A DNA stretch of 63,994 nucleotides, filler included, from Catajapyx aquilonaris (Eukaryota): the NCBI GenBank assembly GCA_000934665.2. It is 3 parts of 3 records of this genome, joined end to end, with 100 filler letters (N's around TTAATTAATTAA, not from the genome) between each part and the next. Parts side by side here need not be neighbours in the genome. Positions count along the whole stretch, not along the records: positions 21,607 to 43,015 come from JYFJ02006061.1; positions 43,116 to 63,994 come from JYFJ02006170.1; 1 more part is not named here. One strand, 5' to 3'. The notes under the pieces are model-generated. The model did no database searches, had not been told where the DNA came from, and saw only the letters and a list, made by a program, of their open reading frames with translations. The position numbers and the translations under genes are program-made. This document shows positions 37,943 through 51,079 of the stretch, piece by piece. The stretch's first letter is position 1. The number at the start of each line of letters is the position of its first letter.

Positions 37943-38249
37943 GGTCCTTCCCTTCTTCGTCTCAATCCTCACATGCTGTCCCCCATTAGGTTCGACCTGC
38001 ATTAATTAATCGGCATTAATTGATTAATAATAATTAAAACAGCGGGTATACATACCTGACTTCTTCTGGTGCGTCTGGTTATTTCCGTTTTGACTTTCAC
38101 CGACGCGGCACGTCCATCCCCTGCCCCTCCAGGCGTCGCGACGCCCTCGGCGCCCGTCGTGCTTCCCTCATTTTCGGAAATTCCGGATGCCCTCCACTTA
38201 TTTTTTCCCTTCTTTTCTTTTCAATGCCGCTTTGTTGCGGCCATTGCTG

Positions 38250-38583
38250 GGCAGGGTTGCCAACAGGCAGGGAAGAATGCGAGGCCGCTTTCACCTCTCT
38301 TCAGACAGCAGCCATTCCAGTTTCTCCTGCTATATAATTTCAGATCAATTTTAAAATTGCGATATTGAACCAAGCTAAAATCTATTAACCTTTTTAGTTT
38401 CATTAAAAAACTGCTACATATTAGCTATTGCCAGGAGCGACTTCCCCAACAGCAGCTAGTTACCAGCTGCGACGGTACATTCGGCCCGCATGCTTTTAAA
38501 TGGCAGCCGATTCCTCGTTGACATTTGAACTAGGAATTTTCGAGGCGGGTTTTCTTCCCTGGAAATAACCGGGCCTGAGCAGG
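38250..38583. promoter_or_regulatory. Bidirectional promoter between the kinesin and eIF3g
   Basis: Divergent genes; kinesin UTR-exon donor (~38055) and eIF3g ATG (38584) are ~530 nt apart; CpG-rich. Confidence 0.7.
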
Positions 38584-41500
38584 ATGCGCGTCCCGAACTC
38601 AGAGTGAGTTGCCTGTTGGCGTCGCCTCCACAAAGCACCTTCAGAGTCAGTCAACACATGTTCTAATATTATAATGTGTGTGACAAATATATAATCACGG
38701 ATTGCTGGCTCATTGCTAATCTTTAGGACTAAAATGGAGTTCACCAGGCGATAGAGCAGAACAAGTTACACCTGCTTCAAAGTTCAGATATGAAACAACA
38801 ACAACGTTAATTCAAAACTCTGTTGACAAGTAGTCGTAAAACCTACTAGAAGAAATTCACTTTTGCTGAGAGATGACTGGACGAAATAAAGCAAGACGTT
38901 TGCAAGTTTCGAAAATAATTAGTATTTTAAGTCTACTTCTGCCTTATGGAATATTGAAATCTGGACCAACTTTTGCCCTGTTCATATTTTATTGTTAGCT
39001 TTGGCTGGTTTACCAAGCAGATTTATTTACTGACTGATGTTTTTCAGGACGAAGACAACTTGGGCTGATGAAGTCGAAGAAGGTAGGCCTACCCCACATC
39101 CGACAGTGATTAGCAGCTCGGGGCTCTGTCAGTAAGAATGGCATGAACTGTTGCTTGTCAGTTGGCTACTCAGCTGGGATGCAGCTAGGCATGCAAGATA
39201 CGTGGAAAAGGCTTGAACTGCCCAGCACTTGTTTCAGTCTGGTAGCCAGTTGATAAATTAATCAGTTCCTGAGATTCTCACCGGTACTAATCTGATTTGA
39301 CCTTTGGAACTTGCTACTAATTCCTAGCCAGCTAGTATGAAGCATGCAGTGTAAGCTGATCCACATGCAGTGGAATTGAACATTCATCTCACATTTTCTC
39401 ATTATTGGTTAAGCAAAATTTCTAAATACCCTTCCGTCTCAGAGACAAAATAATTAGCTAAGAATGATCATGTGTAAAATATTGTCACTTACTTCACATT
39501 TTGAATATGGTTATGCAGAGTTATTGCAGGCCAGACCTGGGGAAGAGGAGGAAGTGTCAGGCCCTGGCAGTTCCTACAGTGATATTCGTAATGAATGTTA
39601 TTAAAAGCCCAAATTAAACTCACCACTTACGTTCAAGCATGTTTGTTTCATTGTGACTTGAATGTGGCATCATGCACGGACAACTATTGGAGTAATTGAA
39701 CCTGGGTTTATACTGCGCAAGTTTTATTTTACCCCAACTTTGGTAATACCAATTAGCTCAAGCTTGATAATACTATTGAAGTGTGTTTACATAATGACTC
39801 CCATCATAATTTGTAAGAACTTCATCTAATCCTTAATATTTGCAATGAGAAGTAGTCTATTATTTTTGTTAGCTTGAAAGTTTTTAGGGTAAGTGTGGAA
39901 TGTGGCATGGTTTTTTATCAGCTTCATCTGAAAGCCTCTTTTGCAATTCAAGATATTAATGCTAGTAATATGGCCATGATTCTGAAATGGTCAGTTTATT
40001 TCAATGAGTATACAGTATAAGCAATATCACTCGGGCAGTTGGGCAATACAAGCTGTGCGTAGTACAGGACGTAATAGGTGTGTATTTTGGGAACCACTGA
40101 AAAGACATCAATAATTATTATCATCACATCACACTAATGACCTTGACCAATATTGTAGTCTGACATGATAGTAACAGCTCGATATCATATCTGTCTTGAA
40201 AATTGTGGAAAACTTAATCGCACAAATGAGTATGCAACAATCTCATCATTTAATAATGGGTCTCCTATAACCAAACAAAATCTCCAATGAAACCAAAAGT
40301 GTAAATTATATTGCTGTAGCAATAAATTACACAGGCAGTAATCTGATTAACCTGTGACATTTGCACGTTACCTTGCAATGTATTGATTGCCTTTCCCAAA
40401 GAATTACATGCCATGATAATAAAGGTGTCACAGTAACCTCCAAACATGGCAACAGTATCCACCATGAAAGAACCATAACAAAAGACCCACATGGGCAAAA
40501 AGGAACCTCCAAAAAAGTGTGTTACAGTAGCCGAGAGGGACTGGACGTTATACTTGGCTCGTGGCAAATCTGTAGCGGCAGCCTGCCTTCTGAAAGACCT
40601 TTTGATTGTGCCCCCAGGGGAGCCCAGCTCCTTGCCTCTGTCTGCCGACAGAGTGTTGCCTCCACCAGTTGAGGAGGTCAAGGGGAACACAAAGATCAGC
40701 ATCGAGTACAAATGGAATGAGGATGGGAAGAAGGTCAAGATAGTTCGCCACTACAAGATTGAGAAGCTGGTTGTCTCAAAGTCAATTGCTGAAAGAAAGA
40801 CCTGGAAGAAGTTCGGCCAGTCCAAGGGTGACAAACCGGGTCCTAACCCTGCCACCACTGTGGTTGCTGAGGACGTTTTTATGCAGGTAACTTCCAAACT
40901 TCTCAGAATGTTTCAATCCACAGGTTTTTCATAATAACAGTTGAATTCAGACGTAACAGCCTCGGCTATAACGGACTTTCGGTTGTAACAGACTCGAAAA
41001 GCCGGTCCCAGCAAACGTCCATAAGGCCCTGTGTATTTTTTACTCCTGATATAACAGACTCATTTTCACCACACCTCGGCTGTAACAGACCCTTTCTTGG
41101 CCCCTCGGTGGGAAAATATGCTGATTTTGATTACTCAGCTTCCTTTCCCACGTGAGAAAAGCACTGCATATACTGGAACAGGGGTGATTTTCTCATCTGT
41201 CACTGATCTAACACTTACCAAAAAGGTCAAATAATTATTTTTTGGTATATTTGGCAAGAATGAGATAGTTATGGATTTTTTTGGTCCTGCACAATTTTTG
41301 AATGAGCTAATTTTGCATTTTTGTTGATAGTTTCATTAATCAGTATGACATATTGTGAATTATAAGCATATGGAAAGCAGAAAATTTTGTGTATTCGTTG
41401 CAAAAGTGGCCACTTGACTATAACAGACCTCGGTTATAACAGACTTTTTTCCTCGGTCCCTTGAAGTTTGTTATATCCGGATTCGAATACCTTGTTGGTT

Positions 41501-42695
41501 AATTAGATCTTGTTGTTGGTGTTTGTTTGAAATTCTGGGGAGCTGGGTTTGAGATGTTTCCATACCTTTAGCTGGGATACATTCCATTAGAAGAGGTTTT
41601 TCCCCATGTTCACTTTGCTGGAAGCATATTGATTGACTTGCAAGGCCTTGCTCTTATTTTGCTGTGGAAAAGTGGGGAAGTCATGCTTCTTGCATCGTCA
41701 GAATTGATATCTGAGAAGTGACTTGTAACTGGAATTTGGGATGTCAGCTTGGGCGGTAACTGGAAACTTGCCATTTGACGACATTTCCATCATGTATGGG
41801 ATTTGCGTAAATTATTATTCTTGCAAGAGTGTGCAGCATGAAATTTCTTAAATGTGTATTTCAATAATATATCACACATTTTAAAAGTAATTCCTGAATA
41901 CATCTTCTGTGAAGATATCACGACAGTTACATTTTGAGGCGTAAGCCTTAGAAGCGTGGTGGAATTTGTGACGTTTCTACGGGTAATGGTGCAATAACAA
42001 CATGCTATCTTGACTCCCTGGCATGAAAGCCTAATGTAATATTCATGGTGAGGTACACACATGTATACTGCGGTACAGTCCAGCAACAAACACTCCCAAT
42101 CAATAAGAAAAATTATTGATTCATGGGACCAAGTGCTGCGAGTAATGATATGTTTGGGGAGTTTATAGACCTATCACTCTCTAGTGCACATGCATGCACA
42201 TTGGAGTATTGTTTAACCAGAGGTGTGCCATCACTGAATCCTTAAGGGGACATGCATGTAGAGGGGGGGATTGGTGCGATTGGCAGTGATATTTGGGTAC
42301 GACGTGTGTCCCAGTGTAGTGTTGTATCAAGAATTTCAGAGTGGGATGTTAGGTCACATTTTTTCTGCTGTGTTTACATGTTCCTGCAGTGTGTTCGTGA
42401 ATTTGGAGTGAATGTTGAATGGGGCAGAGCATGTTATGTATTAGTGGAACTGGGATAAATGAAGTGAAGTGTTGATAATATTCACCGCTCCATCTTCCTC
42501 TGTCAGTTTTTCAGTGGCAAAGAAGAGCAAGAGAAGACGGAGCTAGATCCTCTGGACAAACTGAAAGCTACTCAGAAGGGGGTGGTGAAGTGCCGCATCT
42601 GCAAGGACGACCACTGGACCACTCAGTGCCCTTATAAAGATTCTCTGGGACCTTTGAAGGAAGCCATGGACAAGACTGTCAATCTGAAGGAAGAG
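38584..42695 (+). CDS. EIF3G: Translation initiation factor eIF3 subunit G; RRM exons missing at the gap
   Basis: Exons 38584-38603, 39048-39082, 40618-40886, 42507-42695, phases consistent. [28 protein letters not shown] and zinc knuckle [17 protein letters not shown]. Confidence 0.96.
40938..41487. mobile_element. Tigger/pogo-like MITE, same family as 36937-37446
   Basis: CAGTTGAATTCAGACGTAAC ... GTTATATCCGGATTCGAA; colinear interior. Confidence 0.85.
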
Positions 42696-43015
42696 GTACT
42701 GCACAAAATGCAAGACATTATTTTGCTTACCTGTCTTTTTTTTACAAATGCTTAAGTGGGTTACTCGCAATTGTGATATTTTTTAAATAACATTTTTCAG
42801 CTACTCATGACCCATTGGCAACTCTGCACAGTTTGAATGGCTTGCTTGCCAAGTGGTTCTGTTATAAGTGACATTGCCTTATGTTTGCCATAATTTATAA
42901 GGTGCTCTAGCTGACTTTACCAAGAGCTAATAACTGAGAGCCTCCGAGTGCCCTATCCCTGCCGTATTGCTTGGTTCCCGAACCTCTCCGCGGAACTGGC
43001 GACTCCCCAGACGGG

Positions 43016-43115
43016 NNNNNNNNNNNNNNNNNNNNNNNNNNNNNNNNNNNNNNNNNNNNTTAATTAATTAANNNNNNNNNNNNNNNNNNNNNNNNNNNNN
43101 NNNNNNNNNNNNNNN
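43016..43115. other. Assembly gap marker
   Basis: 44N + TTAATTAATTAA + 44N. Confidence 0.97.
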
Positions 43116-43621
43116 ACATTTTTGGGACGCAGCATGAAAATGAAGAAAGGTGTGCTTTCACACATTGAGGAGGGTGGTCCAATGGGAGCAGAGCGTGGAG
43201 GCGGATGAATCACGTGATCGACCGTATGTCAAGGACTCTGTATGGGGGGTGCTCCTCTGGAGTTAATCCAGGCTTTGATCTCGAACCTTCCCGACGCGGT
43301 GGTATTTCTCCGAGGCTCAGGAGGAAGGTATGTGCTAGTGACACATACATGTAGGAGAACACTAGATTTTTTTTTTTCAATAGTTTTAAGGTACAGATAA
43401 TGTGTCTTTTTAGGACATAGTTTTGATACACATCCAAAATTTATTTATGAAAGTTTAGAGCACATACACGGGTCATGTGCACTACGACAGCTTTATCTTC
43501 ACTAACTTGCCAGTGTGAATAACAAGATAAAACCACAATATCACACAGGTTCTCAACCACAGTCCTTATTGTATACATCGGATAAAGAAAGAGGGTCTCT
43601 AACTTTATGCTCGTGGGTGTA

Positions 43622-43761
43622 CTATCGGGTTCAAATATTTTTGGCCACTTTATCCTGGTCTTGAAGCAACCCTTCGCACAGGCCCCACGTTAAGTAGGTG
43701 TGTGTGTGAAGGGTTCCTTCAAGACCAGGATAAAGTGGCAAAAACTTATTGCGACCGAGAG
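43622..43761. mobile_element. ~140-bp hairpin MITE with TA flanks, copy 1
   Basis: Palindromic arms GCCACTTTATCCTGGTCTTGAAG / CTTCAAGACCAGGATAAAGTGGC; homologous to 46903-47046. Confidence 0.8.
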
Positions 43762-45361
43762 TATCTTTACTGATTTCTTTCCACTATAACTGCAGTAGAC
43801 ATATCCAGCAAACATCTTATCTCGTAGACCTACTTATCTAACATTAAAGGAAAAACAGTGCGTCATACTAATTATCTGTAATAACGACCAACAAATCACG
43901 ACTTGGTATTTCATTGATATTTGGCGAATAGAAATTTCATTGATACCATTCGTATTGCACTACAAATGATTCTAAAATGCCTGAAGCTGCTGTCACATAA
44001 TTTACGCCCTTGTAACGCCATCAATATTTCGTTACACTTAGACCAATCACCCCTCTCGACTTTTATGACCTCCCATTCTGTACAATTGAATTCGAAACAA
44101 AGTCCTCCTTTAGAGACGGGGTCAAGTGGCGGTCAGCCAACGCCAACTATCTGTAGGAGAGTCTCGAGTGGCATTCGGCTATTTAGACATCGGCACTAAA
44201 AATACGTGTAGATAACAACTCAGCAAGTGCTGGGGGAAGATACGCGCGTATTCGCCCAAAGGGGTGAAGGTGGGTCAAGACTAAATTAGTCCCCTCAAAA
44301 CGACCTGGCGTGAGTCACCAGAAAATAGTCAGATTCCTAAAGAGGTGCCAGAAACTGACTGCGAAACCGATATAATTATAGGAAGGAAAAAAAAACAAAC
44401 CTTAACATTGACTCGTATATGGTGGAGCCATAAAATGGACGAAAAACTTCGCAATAATTAGGACACTCATCAATCAAAATGTCTGGTCTTTAAACGATTT
44501 ACATGACTCGTACATAGGTCGTCAATGCGGTATTTTCGGTAGGGTGTTGAGGGTCCTTCGTTTTTGCCATTTACACGCTTCACAGTTGCGCATAAACAAC
44601 TCCCCCGACGGTTCATTAATCTTCCAAGGACGACACAATGGCAGGCGTCTGCCAAGTTCTTCATCATCTACTCCTCAGTATTATTAGCATCAGCACTGCT
44701 CCAAATTCGAAAAGAGTACCTTTGTATAGGTACTAGTATAGGTGTAGAGGTGTACAAGTAGGTGTATAGGTGTACTAGTAGGTGTATATTGGTATAGGAG
44801 TACCATGTATAGGTGTGACCGTACCAAGATTGAATCTGGACTATATACACCTGCGTTGCTTCCAACTCGTGCTTGTCAACCTAGAATTCTTGTGGTCTGC
44901 GTTCACCGCGAAAGTTGGCAGCACCCTGGACAGAAAGCAGACAAAATGGGGCCTGAAGGTATTACATTATCACCACCAACCCACCAGCATCACCCACCAG
45001 AAATCTGTCACGATCCTGACTCACCCCCAGTCAGGGACACCTTTAAGGTTGGATCATCAGTGATATTATTGGGAACCACTAGAATTTCTGAAATTTGTCG
45101 GCGATGCGAGACATAAAGGCAGGAATATTGGGAAGGGTTGCCAACATGGCCTAATAATTCATTTCGAGAGTGGACCATTCTGCCCTTGGAACAAGGTCCA
45201 TCTGAAAAGCGAAAATAGCCATCGCTGACTCTATTGCCAATGTTGCTGATTCATCTACAGCTGTTGACATTAACAGGGTGTGACATCCTAGCATGACGCA
45301 ACCCAAATCACACAATATGATTTATGTATTTTTTAATTATGCCATTCCAGCAGTTGACGCG

Positions 45362-48300
45362 ATGTCGTCGTTCCACAGCCAGCAGCAACGTATGTCATCA
45401 TCGTCAGCCACCGTGGTCCACAAAACGTACAACTCTCCAGCATCCCTGTACTCTGCCCCTAATGCAGCAGCTGTCCTGAACCAGAAAGCCGAGGTGTTGG
45501 CCAATGGAGGAGTGGGGTGAGTTTTTTAAAAACAAATCACTCTCCCAGGGCTGTCCTGGCACGCGCTCACAAGCGGCAGGCGCGACGTAACGCCTCATCT
45601 ACGCGATGACAATGCTCAACCTTCTTCCTCATCCTTCAGAAACTATTCTGAGTTTCTAATGATATGGGAGGAGAGCCATGCTGGATAATAATGTGCGTGA
45701 AAATTGCAATCAGTAGTAGCGTTTCTCTCGTGACCCCCAAGTGCTATGCCGGCAGCCTCCGTCCCTCTGGAGGACCATTAGCTAGACGGGTGGTCTGCAT
45801 ACCTGGCAGCCAATCTGCTGGAATCGCAACAGGCCACACACATGTGGAGTATGTGGCAAACACAGAATGACAATCATTGGTGGAAAAGTACGGCTTAAGA
45901 ACGATGGTAATCTTGACCACGCACTGAGGAATTCGTGGCTCGCATGGTCATGCCAAGGAGCATCACAAGTATGTGAGTGCAACACAACTGGCACCAACCT
46001 GTTGTTTGCACCACGTGTGATTTTCTGGATGTGAAATTGTGCACCGGATGTACTGTACATACGCAAATTTCAATCTTCAAACAAAAAATTTCGCCAAATA
46101 TAAACTTTTGTGTGAAGTTTCTGCACAACACATGTCAGTCTAGACTTTTATGCAACTCTCTATTTTTGGAACTTCGCGGGCGAAAAAACCTGGTTTTCCT
46201 CAAGATGTTTCGCAGAAATTATGCCATATATTTTTGCAAGTCTTTTTCTCCTTGTTTTTTTTTCCGCGACCTGTTTGATACCATGCCAGTCGCGGACAGT
46301 TATTTTTGAGAGCTGTTGGGTGCTCCTGCACTGACGTCACATTTTCTCGCCCACTACTTCTTCCTAATTCGTTTTGTTTCTACAACTTACTTCACTTTTG
46401 GGTTTCGCCAAGGACTACTGTTGTATGGCCGACCTTCGTACAGTGCATGTTTAAAAAAAATAATTGCCTAACACCTGAGTTATTGCATGTTTGGTTTACA
46501 TTCTTGCGTAAGAGGAGTGAAGTACAGGCTGGCACTTTGGTCGGTTTTACGACCCAGAAGGACGAGATTGATGGCCTGTGGACCGGTACAACTTCGCCAT
46601 GCCTTGAATATTTTTAAACTTACGCTGTAAATATAATTGGATCGCCACATTTAAACCTGAATTGCTATAACCAATCCAAGCCTGCCAGTATACGTATAAA
46701 TAGCATAAATACGAGAGTATGAAACATATATAAGTCGAAAAATTGTGGTACGTAAATTGTATTTATTTTAAAAAATGCTTAAAAAATGCAGTTTAAAAAT
46801 ATATCCAGCAGTTGGAATTGTTTTATACTGTATGTGACTGAAATTATTTAATTTTCATTAATTCATTATTTTTTTAAATATTTTAACCTGGTTCAAGGTG
46901 TACTATGGGGCTCAAATTGTTTTGGCCACTTCATCCTCGTCTTGAAGCAACCCTTCGCATAGGCCCCACGGTGAGCAAGTGTGTCTGTGTGAAGGGTTGC
47001 TTCAAGACCAGGATAAAGTGTCCTATAAACAATTTGAGCCCCATAGTATACATGGCACTTTGTATAGAAACAATGTATGCAAATATTAATGGCACGACTT
47101 CCATCAACTCGTGCCCCAATTTGTCGACATTTAATCACAGACCTACGCACCCTTATAAATTTAATACGGCTGTCCTCGTTTTAAAATTAAGACTTTAACC
47201 AAGATGACAGGTGAAATATGATTTGGCTAGCAAACAGCCATAATATTGCCCCCAATTTATTCCACACCCTGTTCATATACTTGCACACACACACACACAT
47301 GGCACACACTCAGCTTCTGCCTCCTCCCCAAATACTTCTCATCTTCCTCATGGCCCCCCCAAGTGACGTCACCCACCCAGAAAAGGGTAGCGCCATCGGT
47401 GGCAACCTCATATGTTAGACTGCGATTTGCGGGCCATCCGAAAGCACGTGTGTGTGTGAGTGCGTGTGAGGAGCTTAGGCCTCTCTCCTCTCCACCTTAT
47501 TTGTCCACAAAAAGTCTGTCTGGACATCTCGATATCTATCCCAAAGAAAAAGTTCGTCAGTGTTTCAAAAATAGTGGGTGACACATTGTTCCCAGCAGCT
47601 TTTGTGTTGTTCCTAGCTGGTCTTTTGCGACTACCAGGTGAGATGCATGAGAAATTAATGGGCTTGTAGTTACGTGTGTGGGTTTTAAAGTGTGAGGTGC
47701 CAGCTGGACATGAACAATAAAGGGGGGTTGGTCCAATGGGATTGCAGTGTCGGGTTACAAAATGGCCAACCCATTACACTCATTAGTGTAACAACCATGT
47801 CATACTGTAGTACTTATACACTATGTGGGAGATCAAGAAGTTAACCCAGATTTGCCTGAATAAAATTATAAAATTATTTCTTCGTACGAACAACCAACAA
47901 AATCTAATAAAGGGCACTGGGCATACCTGCATTAATTACATTTGTTAATTATTAGCGAGTTGGTCCAATGTTTGCAAAAAGAAGCCCACATAGCGTCCTA
48001 CATGTAGGACATTGCAGAAATGTTTAGTTATAATTGTGTTACTCCTTCATGTGTTCATAAAGAGAATTTACAAAATTAAAAAATAAATAATTCAGGCATA
48101 TCCAGGTTAATTAGTGACATATATGCTATGCCAGTGATTCACAAATGGATGGTCATGCGCCAGAGTGAACCAAGTCAATTTTTGGGCAATTTGAACTGGA
48201 GGCGCAAGCCTCTCCCAAATCACACGTACTTTCACATGCCAAAGTGAATTTGCTGTAACCACTCTTGCTGTAACTGATGAAAAAACAGCCATTAGATACG

Positions 48301-51079
48301 GCATTGCAAAACAATGATCAGGAATTTTTTCAGGTGCTGTAAAAATAAAACATCAGTTTCCCAAAAGCAAAGATTTTTGACTTAGTTCACTCTGGCGTAT
48401 GACCATCCAAATTACACAACACGCAGAGAGTACACATTTTAAAATAACAATAAAATATATTGCAGCATAAGTTGTGAATACCGAATATAGTTGCATCCCT
48501 ATTGCGCAACGCACTCGCACGATGTGTCAGCAGTGTTTATTTATGTTACTCAAAAAATCAACAAGCAAGAGAGGGCCTGGACTTGCCAAATTACTACCAA
48601 GTGCTGAACACTTGCAGGAGCCATAATATTGGTCATAATTTTTATGCGAAATGGGCTCTCAACCATCTGTCAACGTTACGGGCAGATAATATTTGAACAC
48701 CGTTACTTATGGCCACTCAACACTTCTCATTTGAAGGACGAAACGTCAACCATCGTTTATTGATAGTATGTCAGATTTTTGCATCACGAGGGGAAACATC
48801 ACACAGGATGTGTTAGCATATCATAACCTAACCTAATCTAACAGGTCATACATAGGTTATACATTTTTAAACAATTATTGAATCCGCACTAAATGGACTT
48901 TGTTTCTGATTGTTTCAGGGTTGACTTTCGTCGCCTGGGATCGCCAAACCTCGCCAAATCCGAGGTTCTGAAAATGGTGGAGGAGGAGGAAATGTCGCAA
49001 AAGACAGGTGAGAGGAGGAGGCTGTTCAGGCCTAAGCTCCCACCGCCAATACCCTGGCCACCGAAATCCGAAGACCGATACTCTCCGTCGTTTTTCATTC
49101 ACGCAGAAGGTAGTACATAGCACATAGTAATGTACTACACAATCATCTAATCAACATCAGGAAACCACTCATTCCAAGTGGGGAGCCTCCTTTTTTGGCA
49201 GAGGTCCACAAAAACAATATCTCTTTTGTGTGTGCTGGGGGGCTAGTTACATCCCAATTGGCAATTGTTACAGTAGGGAGGGTGGGAGGAGTGGCGCACT
49301 TGAAAGATTTCTATTTTGCACACCAAGGTTTCAGCCTCGGCCTAGATCTTCACCTTAGTTGCCTCCTGAACATAGCATGGGAAGCACTGAACTCGTGTGA
49401 GTGCGGTGGTATAATAGGGACTGGCTCCAGTTCAGAATTTTTTGGGGGAACGGTAAAGGATTTTCCGATTAGTGAAACATTTTTTTTAACAAAGTGACTG
49501 AAATCTTTCAGGAATCAGAAAGGTCGCTTGGCCTCCTCCAGAAGACGAGCTGGTTTATAATAATTATTCCGACGTGCCAGATCAGGTAAATGAATTGTGC
49601 AATTGATTTGTGTGGCATGACTAACATCAGAGAGGGTAAAAGTGGCAGGAAAAAACCGTTGTTTCTGGCATCCACTATTGCGCAAAAATTATATTCAGAA
49701 CAGGCAACGAGCCAGGGAAATAGCTTTCCTCATTGCGTAATACACAGTTTGCAATATTTCTTAGAAGTTCCCATTTTGGGTCACAGTGAGGAATTTTGCC
49801 TACTGCCTCTGAATTTCACAAATAATAATTTCAGTGCATGGTACTAAACATATCCTTCCAATTTATAAATTATGAACTTGAATATGTAGAAAATCAAATT
49901 ATAAAATTATACTCCAGTAAGCAAATGAGCAGATTTGCTATTCCCTACAATCAGTCGTTTTTTCATATTTAGACAGCAAACAAGAAAAAATTTGCGCAAT
50001 TTATAGACACAGAGACCTTACTTGCATGCAAAAATTTACCCTATTTTGTGAACAATATTTCTAGGTGCATTATATTTACCACAAATTGTCAACCAAATAC
50101 AAGCACCCATAATGTTACTAAATGACCCAGTTTCTATTGATCTGATAATTATAACATTTTACAAGGCACTGGGATCTTGCACCGTTGATTACAGTAATGA
50201 TTAGTATGTTTTTATACCATCTGTAGCTGCAGTGGTCATGTTTAGCTATCCTTCACATCGCATTCATATTAATCGCATGAGGAAAAGTATGACAACAAGA
50301 TGTCAGGGAACAATCGGGACAAATTACAAATTCAAGGGCAGCACTTGATTGGATAAATATTGCATACAAAATACTGGTACACTTTCTTGGACACATCTTA
50401 ATTGGCTGCCATTTCTTTAAATATTACAGTCAAGCTGAAAAAAATGAAAATTAAAACAGTCAATTTACTCCATGACCATGATGAAGCAGCTGCAACAGAG
50501 ATCACGAAGTAGACGCAACATTCTCCCTCCCTATTCCAGACAGGCACGTTCTACGGACCGGTATCAAGCCAGCAATACTCCCCCAACCAGCAGCAGCAGC
50601 AGAACCCCAACTGGGCCACAAACGGGCCGCAGTATTCCCAGCAGCAGTATCCCCAACAGCAGTATCCCCAGCAGCAGTCACCCTCGCCTACCCTTCAGCA
50701 GCAACAGCAGCCGCCACAGCAGCAGTACTACAAGCCTGCAATGAGCAGCCCACCTCCCCCACCCACCCAGGTCCAGCTGCGCCAGGAGACCCCCATCCGC
50801 CAGCCTCCCCATCAGGTGTATGACGCCCAGCCCCCTGTAAAGCGCCGCGTCCCATTTAAATGCCGAGGGGATGAGAAGTGGCCCCCCGAGTCCTGGAAGA
50901 TGAAGCAGGCCCTGGAGAACGAGGAAAGGGATGCGCCAGCAAAGCCAGGAAGGGCTCACCGTGATTACCGCCCCTTCTTTGCCAAGAATGCCATCAACTC
51001 TTCCTATCCTCCATACCGCCCACCTCCTGGTACCCAGCACTACTACGAGTACCTCATGGGCTTGCAGGGCCAGTTATGA
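45362..51079 (+). CDS. ZASP-motif (ZM) protein lacking PDZ and LIM domains, Q/P-rich
   Basis: Exons 45362-45516, 48919-49007 (alternative end 49109), 49512-49585, 50540-51079; phases 2/1/0 consistent. VVHKTYNSPASLYS...AEVLANGGVGVDF...SEVLKMVEEEE is ZM-like, then GIRKVAWPPP and RGDEKWPP. Confidence 0.85.
46903..47046. mobile_element. ~140-bp hairpin MITE with TA flanks, copy 2
   Basis: TA|CTATGGGGCTCAAATTGTTT ... AAACAATTTGAGCCCCATAG|TA. Confidence 0.85.
48147..48408. mobile_element. MITE with 4-bp AAAT TSD (Sola1-like)
   Basis: AAAT|GGATGGTCATGCGCCAGAGTGAAC ... GTTCACTCTGGCGTATGACCATCC|AAAT; the TSD is non-palindromic, so unambiguous. Confidence 0.85.

Noticed and set aside
37998..38225. 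N-terminal extension of the kinesin through the upstream exon
   Set aside because: The frame is open across the splice, but there is no in-frame ATG before an upstream TGA; treated as 5' UTR.
38262..38445. RFX X-box in the kinesin promoter
   Set aside because: Only half-sites or two-mismatch matches (GTTGCCAAC; ATTGCCAGGAGCGAC); not supportable.
42946..43015. Possible HDV-like ribozyme or snRNA fragment next to the gap
   Set aside because: A GAGTGCC/GGCGACTC stem exists, but the nested pseudoknot and conserved core cannot be built, and the sequence is cut by Ns.
42696..43115. eIF3g apparently truncated or a pseudogene (no RRM)
   Set aside because: The four visible exons are intact and a gap follows 320 nt later, so the missing exons are most simply unassembled.
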